This document shows, one piece after another, positions 56,296 to 64,000 of a stretch of 64,000 nt of DNA (positions within the stretch are counted from its first letter, which is position 1; the number at the start of each line of letters is the position of its first letter). The translations under genes were made by a program, and so were the position numbers. This DNA is from Thermoanaerobaculia bacterium (lineage in GTDB: Bacteria > Acidobacteriota > Thermoanaerobaculia > Multivoradales > JAGPDF01), in contig JBDTQG010000006.1 in the NCBI GenBank assembly GCA_039932315.1, positions 10,160 through 74,159 on the forward strand. Direction: 5' to 3'. Under the pieces are notes generated by a model. The model had not been told where the DNA came from. It saw only the letters and a list, made by a program, of their open reading frames with translations, and ran no database searches.

Positions 56296-59200
56296 GTGAC
56301 CGAGAGAGATCCACGCTTGCAGACGCTGCTCGATCGGCGCTATCGGATTCTCGAACGCGTCGGCGAGGGCGGTGCGGGGGTGGTCTATCGCGCGCGTCAC
56401 GAGGAGATGGACCGGACGGTTGCGATCAAGGTCCTGCACCCGGAGCTCTTCCCCTCGCCGGTCGCGCTGGCGCGCTTTCGCCGCGAAGCACGCGCCGCCG
56501 GTGTCCTCGTTCATCCGCACGCCGTCACGGTGTTCGACTTCGGACGCACCGACGAGGGCGAGCCGTACCTCGCGATGGAATACTGCGACGGCGGCGCCCT
56601 CTCCGACCGGATCGCCGCCGCCGCGGACACCGGCAATACCGCGGACGCTCTCTCCCCGACGGCGACGGTCGCTCTCCTTTCCGGAATCGTCGCGGCCGTC
56701 GACAGCGCGCATCGACAGGGGATCGTGCATCGCGACCTCAAGCCGGGCAACATCCTTTTCGCCGGCACGGTCGCGAAAGTCGCCGATTTCGGCCTCGCGC
56801 GGATGCTCGACAGCGATGATCCCGGTCTTACGGCGGGCCACGCCATCGGTTCGCCCTTCTACATGAGCCCGGAGCAGTGCCAAGGCCGCCCCGCCGGAAC
56901 CGCGAGCGACATCTACAGTCTGGGCGTCATCGCCTACACACTGCTCACCGGTCAGGTTCCGTTCCGCCGCGGCACGGCGCAGGAGGTCCTGCTCGCTCAC
57001 CTCACCGAGGAACCGCTGCCGCCGCAGGCGCTCGCACCGCGGCTCGGGAGAGCGCTCTCGGGCGCGGTGCTCCGCGCGCTGGCGAAGAATCCGGATGCCC
57101 GTCCGGCGACGGCGGGCGAATTCCACGCCGCCCTCGCCGCGGCGCTCGCCGAGACGACGCTCGAGAGCGCAATGCCGCTTGCGATCTCCGGACAGGGCAG
57201 CGCCGGAACGTCCAGGTCCGGCATGCCGGGCCACGGACTCGCTGCAGCCGGCTCATCGTCGAGCGCCTTGCGCGTGCGCCGAGCCCTGCGCGACCGGTCG
57301 ACCGGAGCTCCCAGCGAGCCGATCGGACGCGGCGAAGAGCTCGCTCTGCTCCAGGAACTGCTGCAGGCGGCGAGCTCGGGAAGCGGTCAACTGGTGACCA
57401 TCGCCGGCGAACCGGGCGCCGGCAAGTCGACCCTCGCCCACGCCTTCCTGCGGCGGGCGCGAATGACTGTCCCGGTCGCGCGGATCGCGCTCGGACGATC
57501 GCCGGAGCACTTCGGCTCCGCCGAAGCGTATTCGCCGTTTCTCGATGCGCTCGGCAATCTCCTCGCCGGCGGCGAGCGCACGCTGCTCCTGCCCCGCCTC
57601 CTCGATCTCGCGCCGACCTGGGCGCTCCATCTGCCGGGGGTCGCGAGTGAAGTCGAGGCCGGCGCCGGAGAGACGCTTGCCGGCATGCGCTCGCGCGACC
57701 GCATGCCGCGCGAGTTCGCGGCGTTCGTCGAAGCGACGACCGCCGACCGTCCGCTCGTCCTCCTGCTCGAGGATCTGCAGTGGGCCGATCCGGCGAGCGT
57801 CGATCTGCTGGTGCATCTCACCCTGCGGCTCGAGGGGTTGAGGCTTCTGCTCCTCGGCACCTATCGCCCGGCCGAAGTCGAAGCCCAACGCCATCCGCTG
57901 CGCGCGGCGCTCGCGCACCTCGGGCGCGGGAGTCTGCCGTGGAGCGAGATCTCGCCCGCGCCGTTTGCTGCCGGCGAGGTCGAGGCTTTCCTGCGGCGTG
58001 AGCTCGGCGCGCCGCCGCCGCCCGAGCTCGTGGCCTTCGCCCTGCGCCGGACCGAGGGCAATCCGCTTTTCCTTCTGAACGTTCTCAATCACCTTCTGCA
58101 GTCCGGCGCGGTCACGCGCGACGGAGATCAGGTGATTCTTGCGCGCTCGCTCGATTCGATGGAGCGCATCGTTCCGGAAGGAATCGTGGCGCTCATCCGC
58201 CAGAAAGTGGACCGGCTCGACGACTCCGATCAGCGGCTGCTCTCGGCGGCAAGCGTCGAAGGCCTCGAATTCACCGCCGCCGTCGCCGCTCGACTCTCCG
58301 GTCGCGACGAAATGGAAATCGAGGAGCGTCTGCGCGCGCTGCAGGCGACACACCACCTGGTCGAGCCGATCGACGAAGTCGAGCTCGCGGGAGGGCATTC
58401 CATCCAGCGCTATCGCTTCGTGCACTCGCTCTACCAGCACGCTTTCTACGACGCGCTCGCGCCCAAGCGTCGTGCCGCAGCGCACCTCGCGGCGGCCGAG
58501 GCGCTCATGGCGTTCCACGCCAGCCACCTCGAATCGATGCGCGTCGCCCTCGCGCTGCACTTCGAACGGGGACGGGATTTCCCGCGCGCGATCGAGCAGT
58601 GCCTCGCTGCGGCGGAGCTCGCCGGCTCGCGCAACCCACGCGACGCGCGGCCGCTGCTCGCGAAGGCGCTCGAGCTCGCCGGCAAGCTCTCGCCCGAGGA
58701 GGCGACGACCCGCCGCGCCGAGCTGCTGATCCGGCTCGGGCGCCACGACGCCGAGAGCGCGGAGTTTGCCGGCGATGTCGAGCTCTACGCGCGCGCCGAA
58801 GAGGCGGTCTCGGAGGCTCTCGAGCTCGAGCCGGGATCGGTCGAAGCCCGCACGGTGCTCGGCCTCATCCATCTAGAGCGGGGCGAGAACGAACGCGCTT
58901 TCCTCGACTTCGCCCGCACCCTCGAACGAGCGCCCGCGCACGCCGGGGCCTGGGACGGCCTGTCGTATCTGTTCAAGAACACCGGACTGTGGACGGCGTC
59001 GCTCGCCGCGCAGGAGCGCGCCGCCGAGCTCGACGACCGCTTCGCCTTCTCGATCCGGCGACTGTCCGTACTGATCTACCAGGATCGTCTCGAGGAGGCG
59101 CGCGCGGAAGCGACGGCGCTCGTCGAGCGGCGGCCGAAGTTCGCCCACTACAACTACTGGCGCGGAATCGCCTCCTGGTACGCCGGCGAGCGCGCCGAAG

Positions 59201-59610
59201 CCCGGCGCTGGATCGAGCAGGCCTATGCGCTCGATCCCGCCGATCCGATCGCCCAGTGCTGTCTGGCTTTCGTTCTTGCGGCGGAAGGGCTGACCTCGGA
59301 GGGAGCGCGCTGCCGTGAGCTTTTAGCGACGGCCGAGCCGGGCGCCGCTGCCGACGGCACCTTCACGTTCTGGATCGCCAAGGTGCACGCCCTGCTCGGC
59401 AATTCCACGATCGCCCTCGACTGGATCCGGAAGGCCGCGGCGCTCGGCTTCTGGGATGCGCCGTGGATGCGCAAGGACGCCGCGATCGCCAGCCTGCATC
59501 CGCTGCCGGAGTTCATCGCGCTCGCCGCCGAAATCGAAGCGCGGCAGAGCTCCTTCCGCGCCTTCGTCGCGAAAGAGGCGCCGACGGCGCTCGGTCGGCT
59601 CCAGCTCTGA
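56296..59610 (+). CDS. Ser/Thr protein kinase fused to AAA/NTPase (STAND-like) and TPR-repeat domains
   Basis: Kinase subdomains VGEGGAGVVYRA, AIKVL, HRDLKPGNIL, DFGLA, SPFYMSPE. P-loop GEPGAGKST. Long TPR-like C-terminus. GTG start proposed at 56296, after the divergent GT2 start. Confidence 0.8.
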   Translation: MTERDPRLQTLLDRRYRILERVGEGGAGVVYRARHEEMDRTVAIKVLHPELFPSPVALARFRREARAAGVLVHPHAVTVFDFGRTDEGEPYLAMEYCDGGALSDRIAAAADTGNTADALSPTATVALLSGIVAAVDSAHRQGIVHRDLKPGNILFAGTVAKVADFGLARMLDSDDPGLTAGHAIGSPFYMSPEQCQGRPAGTASDIYSLGVIAYTLLTGQVPFRRGTAQEVLLAHLTEEPLPPQALAPRLGRALSGAVLRALAKNPDARPATAGEFHAALAAALAETTLESAMPLAISGQGSAGTSRSGMPGHGLAAAGSSSSALRVRRALRDRSTGAPSEPIGRGEELALLQELLQAASSGSGQLVTIAGEPGAGKSTLAHAFLRRARMTVPVARIALGRSPEHFGSAEAYSPFLDALGNLLAGGERTLLLPRLLDLAPTWALHLPGVASEVEAGAGETLAGMRSRDRMPREFAAFVEATTADRPLVLLLEDLQWADPASVDLLVHLTLRLEGLRLLLLGTYRPAEVEAQRHPLRAALAHLGRGSLPWSEISPAPFAAGEVEAFLRRELGAPPPPELVAFALRRTEGNPLFLLNVLNHLLQSGAVTRDGDQVILARSLDSMERIVPEGIVALIRQKVDRLDDSDQRLLSAASVEGLEFTAAVAARLSGRDEMEIEERLRALQATHHLVEPIDEVELAGGHSIQRYRFVHSLYQHAFYDALAPKRRAAAHLAAAEALMAFHASHLESMRVALALHFERGRDFPRAIEQCLAAAELAGSRNPRDARPLLAKALELAGKLSPEEATTRRAELLIRLGRHDAESAEFAGDVELYARAEEAVSEALELEPGSVEARTVLGLIHLERGENERAFLDFARTLERAPAHAGAWDGLSYLFKNTGLWTASLAAQERAAELDDRFAFSIRRLSVLIYQDRLEEARAEATALVERRPKFAHYNYWRGIASWYAGERAEARRWIEQAYALDPADPIAQCCLAFVLAAEGLTSEGARCRELLATAEPGAAADGTFTFWIAKVHALLGNSTIALDWIRKAAALGFWDAPWMRKDAAIASLHPLPEFIALAAEIEARQSSFRAFVAKEAPTALGRLQL

Positions 59611-59666
59611 TCCAGACTCCGCGCTAGCCTCGTCGTTGTTGCGCTGGTAGGGGCCCGATCCGGCGC

Positions 59667-60206
59667 CTAGCGCAGCTCCCGCCGCATGATGACGCGCAGG
59701 TGCATGGGGAAACCGCCCATCGCTTCGCGCTGCTGCAGGCGGACGAGGCCGGGGGTGAGCTCCTCCGGTCGCAGGATGCGAAAGCCGCGCTTGGCGTAGA
59801 ACGGAGCGTTCCAGGAAACATCGGTGAGCGTCGCCAGCGTGATCGCGCGATAGCCACTCACGCGCGCGATCGCGGCGACCGCCTCGAGCAGCTGGCTGCC
59901 GACGCCTCGTCCGGAAACCTTCGGATGCACGTCGATCTCCTCGAGATGAGCGATGCCGTCGATCTCGCTGGTGTAGGCCATGCCCACCGGCGGCGAGTGG
60001 TCGATCGTCGCGACCCAGAGCGTGCGCGCGCGGACCTGCCGCGCGAAGAGATCGGGCGAAAAGTTCTGTCGCCAGAAGGCATCGAATGCCGGATGCCCCT
60101 CGAAGCGCAGGGTCGCCGCGCGTTCGATCGGCGCGAGCCACGGGATGTCCTCCATCTCGCCACGCCGGATCATCACTTCCCCGCCATTCATCGCCGCTTC
60201 CTCCAC
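59667..60206 (-). CDS. GNAT-family N-acetyltransferase
   Basis: Acetyl-CoA-binding motif region VSGRGVGSQLLEAVAAIARVSGYRAITL. Confidence 0.6.
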   Translation of the reverse strand: MEEAAMNGGEVMIRRGEMEDIPWLAPIERAATLRFEGHPAFDAFWRQNFSPDLFARQVRARTLWVATIDHSPPVGMAYTSEIDGIAHLEEIDVHPKVSGRGVGSQLLEAVAAIARVSGYRAITLATLTDVSWNAPFYAKRGFRILRPEELTPGLVRLQQREAMGGFPMHLRVIMRRELR

Positions 60207-62020
60207 ATTGCGAGCCGCGAGCGCACGAGTGCCGCGGCCAGGCGCAAAGCTCCGGTCGGTTCCGGAGGCGCCAGGGTTCCGGAAAGATATCGCTGCATCG
60301 CTTCGCCACGGCGGATTTTTCCCGATGACGTGCGCGGCAGCGTCCCGGGAGCGAGAATCTCGACCTGCTGGACGGCCAGCCCGACGCGCGTCAGCACAGC
60401 TTCGCGCGCGCGCGTGCGGAGGAGCTCGAAGCGCTCGGCCGGAACATCCTTCGCGTGCTCGACGAAGAGCACAACGGCTTCGGTGTCCCCGCCGGGCGGG
60501 AGATGGCTCGCCGCAGCCACACAGCCGTGACGGACGTCCGGCAACTCGGATACCGCAAGCTCGAGATCGGCCGGAGCGTAGTTGCGACCGCGCACCAGAA
60601 GAATCTCCTTGGCACGTCCGGTGAGGAAGAGCTCGCCGTCGTGAAGAAATCCGAGATCTCCCGTATCGAGCCAGCCGGCCACGAGCGACCGCGCGGTCGC
60701 CTCGGGCTGATCGAGATATCCCCGCATCAGCGAGGGTCCTGAGACGAAGAGCCGGCCGACGCGATCCGGCGCGAGGGCCCGGCCGTGACGGTCGCGGAGC
60801 TCGATGCGGAAACCCGCGAGAGGCTTGCCCACCGAAGCGATCTCGAGCGCCGCCGCGGGGTCCTCCTCACGTCTCGCCTCGCCGCGCTCGATGAGCGCCG
60901 AGCGGTCGAAGCTCAACGCCGTGAACGGGCGCTCGAGGTCGGAGAACGTCACCGCGAGCGCCGCTTCAGACAGTCCGTAGACCGGCTTCAGTGCCTCGGC
61001 GCGAAAGCCCCAGCGGGCGAAACGCTCCGCAAATGCGCGCAGCACGGCGGGAACGACCGTCTCCGCGCCGCACAAGGCGAGGCGCCAGGACGACAGATCG
61101 AGTCCCTCGAGCTCCTCGTCGCGAATCCGCTCGGTGGCGAGCGCGTACGCGAAGTTGGGCGCCGGAGAGATCGTCGCGCGATGCCGCGCCAGTGCGCGCA
61201 ACCAGAGCGCCGGGCGCGCGACGAAGGCCTCCGGAGGCAACAACGTCAACACCGCCGGCCGCTCGAGCGCCGGAAACACGCATCCGATGAGCCCCATGTC
61301 GTGGTACAGCGGCAGCCAGCAAACGCCGCTGAGCGGCGTCGAGTCAATTACCCCGCTCAGCGGCGTCGAGTCAATTACCCCGCTCAGCGGCGTCGAGTCA
61401 GTGACCCCGCCCGGCGGCGGCGATTCCTCTCTCTTCTCCGGCCAGAGCGCGTTCAGCGCCGCGACCTGCGCGAGGACCGCGCGCTGCGTGAGCGCCACCG
61501 GTTTCGGCTCGACCGTCGTCCCGGAGGAAAACTGAACCAGGGCGAGATCCTCCGGATCGCCGTTACTCGCCATCGGGGTGGCGTCGGGCAGCTCGTCGAG
61601 CGTCCGTCCGCCGAGAGCGAGATCCGCCGCGGCCAGCGTTTCGCCGAGGAGAGCGCCGATGCGCTTTTCCGAAAGCAGCAGTCGCGCCCCCGCCGCCCGG
61701 AGCATGGCGGCGGTTCGACCGTGGTACTCCGCCAGCCGTCCGAGACGGACGGGCGGATAGAGCGGCACCGGCACGGCACGCGCGAGGAGCGTCCCGAAGA
61801 AAGCGAAGAAAAAATCGGCCGACGTCGGATAGATCAGTGCAACGCGCTCGCCCGGCCGGACGCCGACCGCCGCCAGCCCGCCGGCGACGCGCGAGCTTCT
61901 CTCCGCAATGGCCGCCCAGGAGAGAAAGGTTTCGCGCTCGGCGCGATCGATGAGGCGCAGCCCGCTGTGCGGAAAGCCGCGAGCGCGCTCAAGGAGGCCC
62001 TGCAGCGTATCGGGTCGCAT
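60188..62020 (-). CDS. Fatty acyl-AMP ligase (FAAL) / AMP-dependent synthetase
   Basis: AMP-binding motifs LVQFSSGTTVEPKPVAL, YGLSEA, WLDTGDLGF, PRTSSGKIRR. The context (ACP and type III PKS downstream) favours a FAAL. Contains an in-frame (TDSTPLSGV)x3 insertion. Confidence 0.8.
   Translation of the reverse strand: MRPDTLQGLLERARGFPHSGLRLIDRAERETFLSWAAIAERSSRVAGGLAAVGVRPGERVALIYPTSADFFFAFFGTLLARAVPVPLYPPVRLGRLAEYHGRTAAMLRAAGARLLLSEKRIGALLGETLAAADLALGGRTLDELPDATPMASNGDPEDLALVQFSSGTTVEPKPVALTQRAVLAQVAALNALWPEKREESPPPGGVTDSTPLSGVIDSTPLSGVIDSTPLSGVCWLPLYHDMGLIGCVFPALERPAVLTLLPPEAFVARPALWLRALARHRATISPAPNFAYALATERIRDEELEGLDLSSWRLALCGAETVVPAVLRAFAERFARWGFRAEALKPVYGLSEAALAVTFSDLERPFTALSFDRSALIERGEARREEDPAAALEIASVGKPLAGFRIELRDRHGRALAPDRVGRLFVSGPSLMRGYLDQPEATARSLVAGWLDTGDLGFLHDGELFLTGRAKEILLVRGRNYAPADLELAVSELPDVRHGCVAAASHLPPGGDTEAVVLFVEHAKDVPAERFELLRTRAREAVLTRVGLAVQQVEILAPGTLPRTSSGKIRRGEAMQRYLSGTLAPPEPTGALRLAAALVRSRLAMWRKRR
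61326..61406. repeat. 27-nt x3 in-frame tandem repeat inside the FAAL gene
   Basis: CCGCT(G/C)AGCGGCGTCGAGTCAATTACC x3 (third copy GTGACC), encoding TDSTPLSGV x3. Confidence 0.85.
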
Positions 62021-62052
62021 TCCCTCGAAAGTGCGCGGAGACGGGCGGAAGA

Positions 62053-62295
62053 CTAGACGGCGAGTTTCTGCGCGAGAATCGTCGCGAGATCGCCGAGGGT
62101 CGCGATGGCGGATTCTTCATCGGGCTCGAGCGTGATCCGGAAGCGATTCTCGACTTCGGCGGCGAGCGTCACGAGCTTCAGCGAGTCGAAACCCAGATCC
62201 TCGACCAGCCGCAGTTGCGGTTCGAAGTCACCCTCGTAACCCAGATGTTCGCGCGCCACCGCGAGGATGCCGGCTTCGATCTCGGCGCGCGTCAT
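62053..62295 (-). CDS. Acyl carrier protein
   Basis: MTRAEIEAGILAVAREHLGYEG...LVEDLGFDSLKLVTLAAEVE (phosphopantetheine-attachment DSL motif). The track ORF's long Arg-rich N-terminal extension is rejected. Confidence 0.75.
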   Translation of the reverse strand: MTRAEIEAGILAVAREHLGYEGDFEPQLRLVEDLGFDSLKLVTLAAEVENRFRITLEPDEESAIATLGDLATILAQKLAV

Positions 62296-62894
62296 GCCTC
62301 TCCCCAGGGCAGCAGGCGGGCTCGCCCGGCGAGACGTTCCCGGTAGTTCCCGGTCGCCTCGAGCGCCCGCTCTTCGTGGCGGATTCGCGCCACGAGAAGA
62401 AGCGCGTTCGCGACCGTGGCAAGAAGCGCGGTGAGCCAGGCGCAGTGCACGAGCGGCAGCGCAGCGACCTCGAGAACCACCGCGACGTAGTTCGGATGGC
62501 GCACGAAGCGATATGGACCCGAGGCGACCGCCGCGGCTCCGGGCACGACCAGTACGCGCGTATTCCAGCGGTCGCCCAGCGTGACGATGGCCCAGTAGCG
62601 CAGCGCCATCGTCAGTACGACGATCCATGTCGCGACGATCGCGATCGGCGGAATGAACGGGCGCTCGAAAAGCAGCACTTCGATCGGTCCCGCGGCGAGA
62701 AAGACCACATGCGCGACCACCATCAGAAGGTAAAAGCCGCGCGACTCCCCTTCGACCGCGCCCAGCGCGCGAGCGCGTCTCGCGTTGCGCAGCGAGAGCG
62801 CCATTTCGAAGACGCGCTCGATCGTCACCAGGGCGACGAGAAGGAGGAAGAAGCGGGTGCCGGGCGCGAGAGTCACAGGCGCGAAAGCTACCAT
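62292..62894 (-). CDS. Isoprenylcysteine carboxyl methyltransferase (ICMT/PEMT)-family membrane methyltransferase (SrsB/FtpB-like)
   Basis: Start at MVAFAPVTLAPGTRFFLLLVALVTIERVFEM. Signature GPYRFVRHPNYVAVVLEVAALPL. Overlaps the ACP start (ATGA). Confidence 0.7.
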   Translation of the reverse strand: MVAFAPVTLAPGTRFFLLLVALVTIERVFEMALSLRNARRARALGAVEGESRGFYLLMVVAHVVFLAAGPIEVLLFERPFIPPIAIVATWIVVLTMALRYWAIVTLGDRWNTRVLVVPGAAAVASGPYRFVRHPNYVAVVLEVAALPLVHCAWLTALLATVANALLLVARIRHEERALEATGNYRERLAGRARLLPWGEA

Positions 62895-62910
62895 CGGCCG
62901 ACTCGCGTTC

Positions 62911-63990
62911 CTACCACCTGAGCAACACGAGCTCGCTGCAGAAGCCCGGTCCGAGCGCAAGCAGCATGCCCAGTGCCCCCGCCGGGGGCCGGCGCTCGGC
63001 CAGAGTGGCTTCGAGGACCAGGAGCACCGAAGTGGACGAGAGATTCCCCACTTCGCGCAGGCTCTTCCAGGTGAGCTCGAGAGCGCCGGGCGGCGTTTCC
63101 AGAGCGTTCTCCATCGCCTCGAGGACTTTCGGTCCGCCGGGATGACAGACCCACGAGGAGATGTCGCCACGCGTCAGGTTCCGCTCCGCGAGAAATGCGT
63201 CGACGTCGCCGCGCAAATGCTCTTCGACGACTTTCGGCACGTCGGCCGAAAGCACGATCTGAAACCCGGTCTCGGTGATGTCCCAGCCCATGACGCGCTC
63301 GGAATGGGGATAGAAAATCGAACGCGTCGCGACGATCTCGGGTCCGGTCGGCGCGGCGTTCGCCCGCTGCGCGAGAGAGCGCGCACGCTCGTCCCCGACA
63401 ACGACCGCGGCCGCGGCGCCATCGCCGAAGAGACCGGAAGCGACGAGGTTGGGAATCGAAATGTCCTGGCGCTGCAGCGTGAGGGAGCAGAGCTCGACGG
63501 AGAGGAGCACTGCGACGCCGTTCGGAAACGCGCGCACATAGTCGGCCGCGCGCGCGAGCCCGGCGGCGCCGGCGACGCAGCCCAGTCCGAAAATCGGATT
63601 CCGTTTGAGGTCGCTGCGCAGCCCCAGCCGGTTGATCAGGCGCGCGTCGATCGACGGCGTCGCGATGCCGGTGACGCTGACGAAATAGAGCGCGTCGATG
63701 TCCGTGAGCTCGAGCCCGCACTTGGCGACGGCCGATGTGATGGCTCGTCCGCCGACCTCTTCGGCAACGCGGATCCAGGCGTCGTTCGACTGACCGAACG
63801 TCGTGAGCGCCGGATACTCCTCGATCGGCAAGGCGAGGTGGCGACCGCCGACCAGGACATTCCGATGCAGCTGTTCGATCCGTTCAACGTTGAAATAGCG
63901 CCCTTCCCAGTACTGCCGGAAAGCGGCGATGAGGGTCGACTGATCGTAGAAGTTCGCCGGAAACGCCGACCCGACGGCGGCGATCTTCAT
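62911..63990 (-). CDS. Type III polyketide synthase (chalcone/stilbene synthase family; alkylresorcinol/alkylpyrone synthase-like)
   Basis: Catalytic Cys in FGLGCVAGAAGL, His in SWVCHPGGPKVL, Asn in EVGNLSSTSVLLVL. Length 359 aa. Confidence 0.85.
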   Translation of the reverse strand: MKIAAVGSAFPANFYDQSTLIAAFRQYWEGRYFNVERIEQLHRNVLVGGRHLALPIEEYPALTTFGQSNDAWIRVAEEVGGRAITSAVAKCGLELTDIDALYFVSVTGIATPSIDARLINRLGLRSDLKRNPIFGLGCVAGAAGLARAADYVRAFPNGVAVLLSVELCSLTLQRQDISIPNLVASGLFGDGAAAAVVVGDERARSLAQRANAAPTGPEIVATRSIFYPHSERVMGWDITETGFQIVLSADVPKVVEEHLRGDVDAFLAERNLTRGDISSWVCHPGGPKVLEAMENALETPPGALELTWKSLREVGNLSSTSVLLVLEATLAERRPPAGALGMLLALGPGFCSELVLLRW

Positions 63991-64000
63991 CGCGGGTCGC

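Noticed and set aside
62296-62628. Long N-terminal extension of the ACP ORF
   Set aside because: Arg-rich frame overlapping the methyltransferase gene. The ACP start is set at MTRAEIEAG, whose ATG overlaps the upstream stop as ATGA.

Overview
High-GC (~68-70%) chromosomal window from a Gram-negative, probably soil-type bacterium (Acidobacteriota/Gemmatimonadota/Myxococcota-like; the taxon cannot be fixed from sequence alone). Almost all real genes are on the minus strand, and many long plus-strand ORFs in the track are Arg-rich antisense artefacts.

Gene content, left to right:
- 1-10.6 kb: a partial LPS-kinase-like fusion gene, rng, and the rod-shape cluster mreB-mreC-mreD-mrdA(PBP2)-rodA, plus a FecR-domain protein.
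- 10.8-14.6 kb: ppiD-like chaperone, a Cys/Met PLP enzyme, and ruvA.
- 14.7-21.2 kb: AraC-GyrI regulator, two NTF2-like proteins, secreted CBM-like and FG-GAP proteins, DinB-like and DUF1801 proteins.
- 21.2-30.2 kb: a lower-GC defense island with mazEF, an EVE-HNH (type IV-like) endonuclease, a small PD-(D/E)XK-like ORF, and a single-chain nuclease-methyltransferase type IIL (MmeI-like) RM enzyme. A second copy of the RM enzyme is diverged and truncated. The island also holds DUF2442/DUF4160 modules and a secreted metzincin. It lies between ruvA and ruvB.
- 30.3-51.9 kb: ruvB, a CadC-like regulator coupled to a DAG-kinase-like gene, a HlyD/ABC/ABC-2 exporter with a divergent Crp/Fnr regulator, and a run of secreted enzymes (large HExxH metalloprotease, S8 subtilase, multiheme cytochrome c, heparinase II/III-like lyase).
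- 51.9-64 kb: a GT2-geranylgeranyl-reductase-like-MMPL operon, a Ser/Thr kinase-AAA-TPR protein, and an ftp/srs-like phenolic-lipid cluster (type III PKS, ICMT-family methyltransferase, ACP, FAAL, GNAT).

The most striking pattern: at least seven unrelated signal-peptide proteins end in the same ~15-residue tail, Φ-F-x-(D/N)-G-F-E-x-G-x4-W followed by 1-6 residues. The tail resembles the first β-strand of a CBM4_9/MAM-type jelly-roll domain, and I propose it as a candidate undescribed C-terminal sorting or anchoring tag. Two further proteins carry PEP-CTERM/IPTL-CTERM-like tails. The window is also rich in short in-frame and intergenic tandem repeats.
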